Below are positions 61,135 through 64,000 of a stretch of 64,000 bases of DNA, piece after piece. A model generated the notes under the pieces. The model was not told where the DNA came from, searched no databases, and worked only from the letters and a program-made list of their open reading frames with translations. The stretch lies in assembly GCF_009914755.1 (NCBI RefSeq), contig NC_060947.1, one strand, 5' to 3'. Within the stretch, counting starts at the first letter, position 1, and the number at the start of each line of letters is the position of its first letter. The DNA is from the human T2T-CHM13v2.0 reference genome, Homo sapiens. The translations under genes and the position numbers were made by a program.

Positions 61135-62405
61135 GTCAGAATATACAAAAAACTAAAACAACAGTAAATAAAACAAATAATGCCATTTAAAAATGGGCAA
61201 AGGAAATAAAGAGACATTTCTCCAAAGAAGATATATAAATGGCCAACAGGTATATGAAAAAATACTCATCATAACTATCATCAAGGAAATGCAAATCAAA
61301 CCCGCTATGAGATATCATCTCAACCAAGGTAGAATGGCTATTAATAAAATACAAAAAGTAACAGATAATGTCGAGGATGTGGAGAAAAAGGAATTCTTAT
61401 ACACTGTTGGTGGGAATGTAAATTAGTACAGCCGCCATAGAGAACAGTATGGAGATTTATCAGAAGACTAAAAATAGAATTACAATAAGATCCAGCATTC
61501 CAACTCCTGGGTATTTATTCAAAGGAAAAGAAATCAATATCTCACAAAGATACCTGCACCTCCATGTTTATTGCAGCACTATTTACAATAGCAAAGATAT
61601 GGAATCAACCTAAGTGTTCATCAGTGGATGATTGGATAAAGAAAACATGGTACATAAACACAATGGAATCCTATTCAGCCATAAAAAGACTAAAATCATA
61701 AACCAGGCACAGAAAGACAAATATCTCATATTTTCACTTATACATGGGAGATAAAAAAGTGGATCTCATGGAGTTAGAGACGGGTTACGTTATGGGAATG
61801 GGGGATGAGGGAGGTTAGTTAACCCTTTTCCCATTTGCCAGGGGCAACTTACCAGGGGCACTTGGGGCTGCGGTGTTTACAACGAGACAACTTTGCCCTG
61901 TAATATCTCACTTTTATTATTATTTTCACATTGCTCTAGTATGTCGACTTTGGGAACAAAACACAGCATTGTATTTTTAGTAGTGGCAATTCCATTTACA
62001 AAAATATAGCAATTCTTCATTGCTGAAAATGTTAAATCCTAGAAAACATAGCATTCCTACATGTGATGTTAACATTGATCTCTAACAGTTGTTGGCTGAA
62101 GTTTCATTTCATGAATCCAGTTTTCCTGAAATAGATGACTCTGATGATTCAGGTGATTCTTATGCTAGTTCTGTTTACAAATAACACCAATAACAGTTTT
62201 TATATCTTATGTTCACATTGAAAATCAGTCAGACTTGCTTTGGCCTCAAAGAGCGTATTTCTGTAAAATTAAATAAGCACTGACAGAAAGCTGCACTTTT
62301 ATTTTCTAAATGGTAAAAGTAGCGGGTACTAACATATATTTAGGTAGAAAAAAGAAGTTATTATGTTCAATAGCAGGGTAAGGTGACTATATTTAACAAC
62401 AATGC
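61135..62405 (+). mobile_element. L1MA 3' fragment interrupted by MER75
   Basis: aatgggcaaaggaaataaagagacatttctcc...ggaggttagttaa, resuming gggtact...gtgactatatttaacaacaat. Confidence 0.8.
61823..62319 (+). mobile_element. MER75 piggyBac-family element
   Basis: TTAA (61819-61822) then cccttttcccatttgcc...gaaaatcagtcagac...tctaaatggtaaaag. Confidence 0.85.
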
Positions 62406-62479
62406 AATATCGATAAACTTTTAGCTAGACTTCTCAAGGAAAAAATAAAATTAAAATTAATTTTTAAAACAGAAACATC

Positions 62480-64000
62480 CAAGTTGTATGTGAGCAGTTT
62501 CTTCCTACTTATTGCTGAGTAGTAGATGATATTGGAAACAGACCATGAATTGTTTATCCAGTTAACTGATAATGAATATTTAGCTTATTTCTAGTTCGAT
62601 GCTATTAGGAATAATGCTACCATGAATGTTAGCATCAAAGTCTTTCTGTGGACATGTTCTTATTTCTCTTAGGAATTTCTGTCCTAGGTATTTCACTAGG
62701 TCATATTGTAAAGGGATAGGTAATTTTATAAGAAATTGGCAAACTGTTTTCCCAAGTGGTTGTGACATTTTTACACTCTCACAAGAAAAATCCGACAGTT
62801 CCAGTTTCTCCCCTTCATCACCTACGTATGGTATTTTTAGATCTGTTTGTTTCTTGCTTTCAGACTTTCTAATGATTTAATGATAATCTCATTGTAGTTT
62901 TAATTTGCATTTGTACTGATGTGCGTCTTTTCATGCGCTATTGATTATTAATATGACTTCATTTGAGAAATGTCTATTCCAATATTTGCCCATTAAAAAT
63001 TACATTATTGGACTTGAGTTGTGAGAGTTAATTATATTTAGAATACATAAACTTTGTGAGACACATAATTTCATTTGGTTAATTATTCTCTAATGTCTTT
63101 TAACAATGTTTTGTAATTTTCTGTGTACAGGTTTTGCACATAATTTGTTAAATATATAAGTATTTCATTTTTGATGTAACTGTAAATGCTTCGCAATTGA
63201 ATTTTCATTAGGTTTTGGCTTGTATAAATCATACACTTGGTTTCACATATTTCCCTTATTTTCAGTTCCTTGGTTAATGCTCTCATTATTTCCGTGGGCT
63301 TTTTTGAAGAGTCTTTAAGATTTGCTGCATGCACGATAATTACATCTTCAAATAAAGACAGGTTCACTACTTTCTTGCTAGAGTATATAAAATTTCTTTT
63401 TCTTTATTTAGTTAATGGCTTGAACACCCAGTGCCATGTTAAAGAAAAATGGGTCTTAGAGGAAGAGCATTCAGTTTTTCATCAATAATTATGAAGTTAG
63501 CTGTCCTTTTTCTTTGTAGATGTCTTTTTGAGGTTAATTAATTCATTTTCTATTCCTAGTTTGCTGAAGTCTGTTTTTATAACTGTGTTTGTCACATTTT
63601 TTTCTGCGTCCTTTGAAATTTTTTTCTTATTCTGTAAATATGGTGACTTGCATTAATTTATTTTTTTTAGTACTGAATCTTCTTTCCATTCCTGGGATAA
63701 AGCTCAATTGGTCCTTATTTATCATGTATTTTATATATATTACCTGGTTTAATTTTCTAAAATTTCTGTCAAGGATTTCTGCATTTACGTTTATGAGAGA
63801 TATTGGTAATGTCTTTTCTGGTTTTAATAGCAGAATAATGTGTGTTTCATAAGATGAATTGGAAGATGTTCCTTCCTTTTCATTTTTTGGAAGAGTTTAT
63901 GTAGTATTGGTTTTATTTCTTTATTATAAATTTGGTAGAATTTACCAGTGAAACTGACTGGTTTCAGAGTTTTTCTTGTGGTGAGCTATTAATAATTAAT
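62480..64000 (-). mobile_element. Old L1MC/L1MD ORF2-3' fragments
   Basis: aagaaattggcaaactgttttcccaagtggttg...ttctattcctagtttgctga...ttggtagaatttaccagtgaaac. Confidence 0.7.

Overview
This is a 64-kb AT-rich primate (most likely human) non-coding genomic window, either intergenic or deep intronic. It is dominated by interspersed repeats: about 20 Alu/FLAM elements, many L1 fragments from L1PA to L1ME age, MaLR/ERVL LTRs (MLT1, MLT2A1, THE1/MST, LTR47, MER21-like), DNA transposons (MER20, MER33, MER5A, MER1A, Tigger3a, MER75) and long microsatellites. I found no host protein-coding exon, RNA gene or prokaryote-type system. Nearly all listed ORFs are microsatellite, Alu or L1 artefacts. The best observations are structural: (1) a twin-primed L1PA insertion whose inversion junction creates an ATG-initiated 280-aa ORF carrying most of the L1 reverse-transcriptase core; (2) four short direct copies (50-265 bp) of nearby DNA, two of which sit inside damaged transposons like templated repair insertions; (3) a 56-bp micro-inversion of an Alu tail; (4) a CpG-enriched candidate promoter and first exon on the minus strand near 46.3-46.55 kb; (5) head-to-tail MLT1 LTR arrays with a shared junction. 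Repeat subfamily names come from my recall of consensus sequences and need RepeatMasker/Dfam confirmation. Boundaries are approximate unless a target-site duplication (TSD) is quoted.
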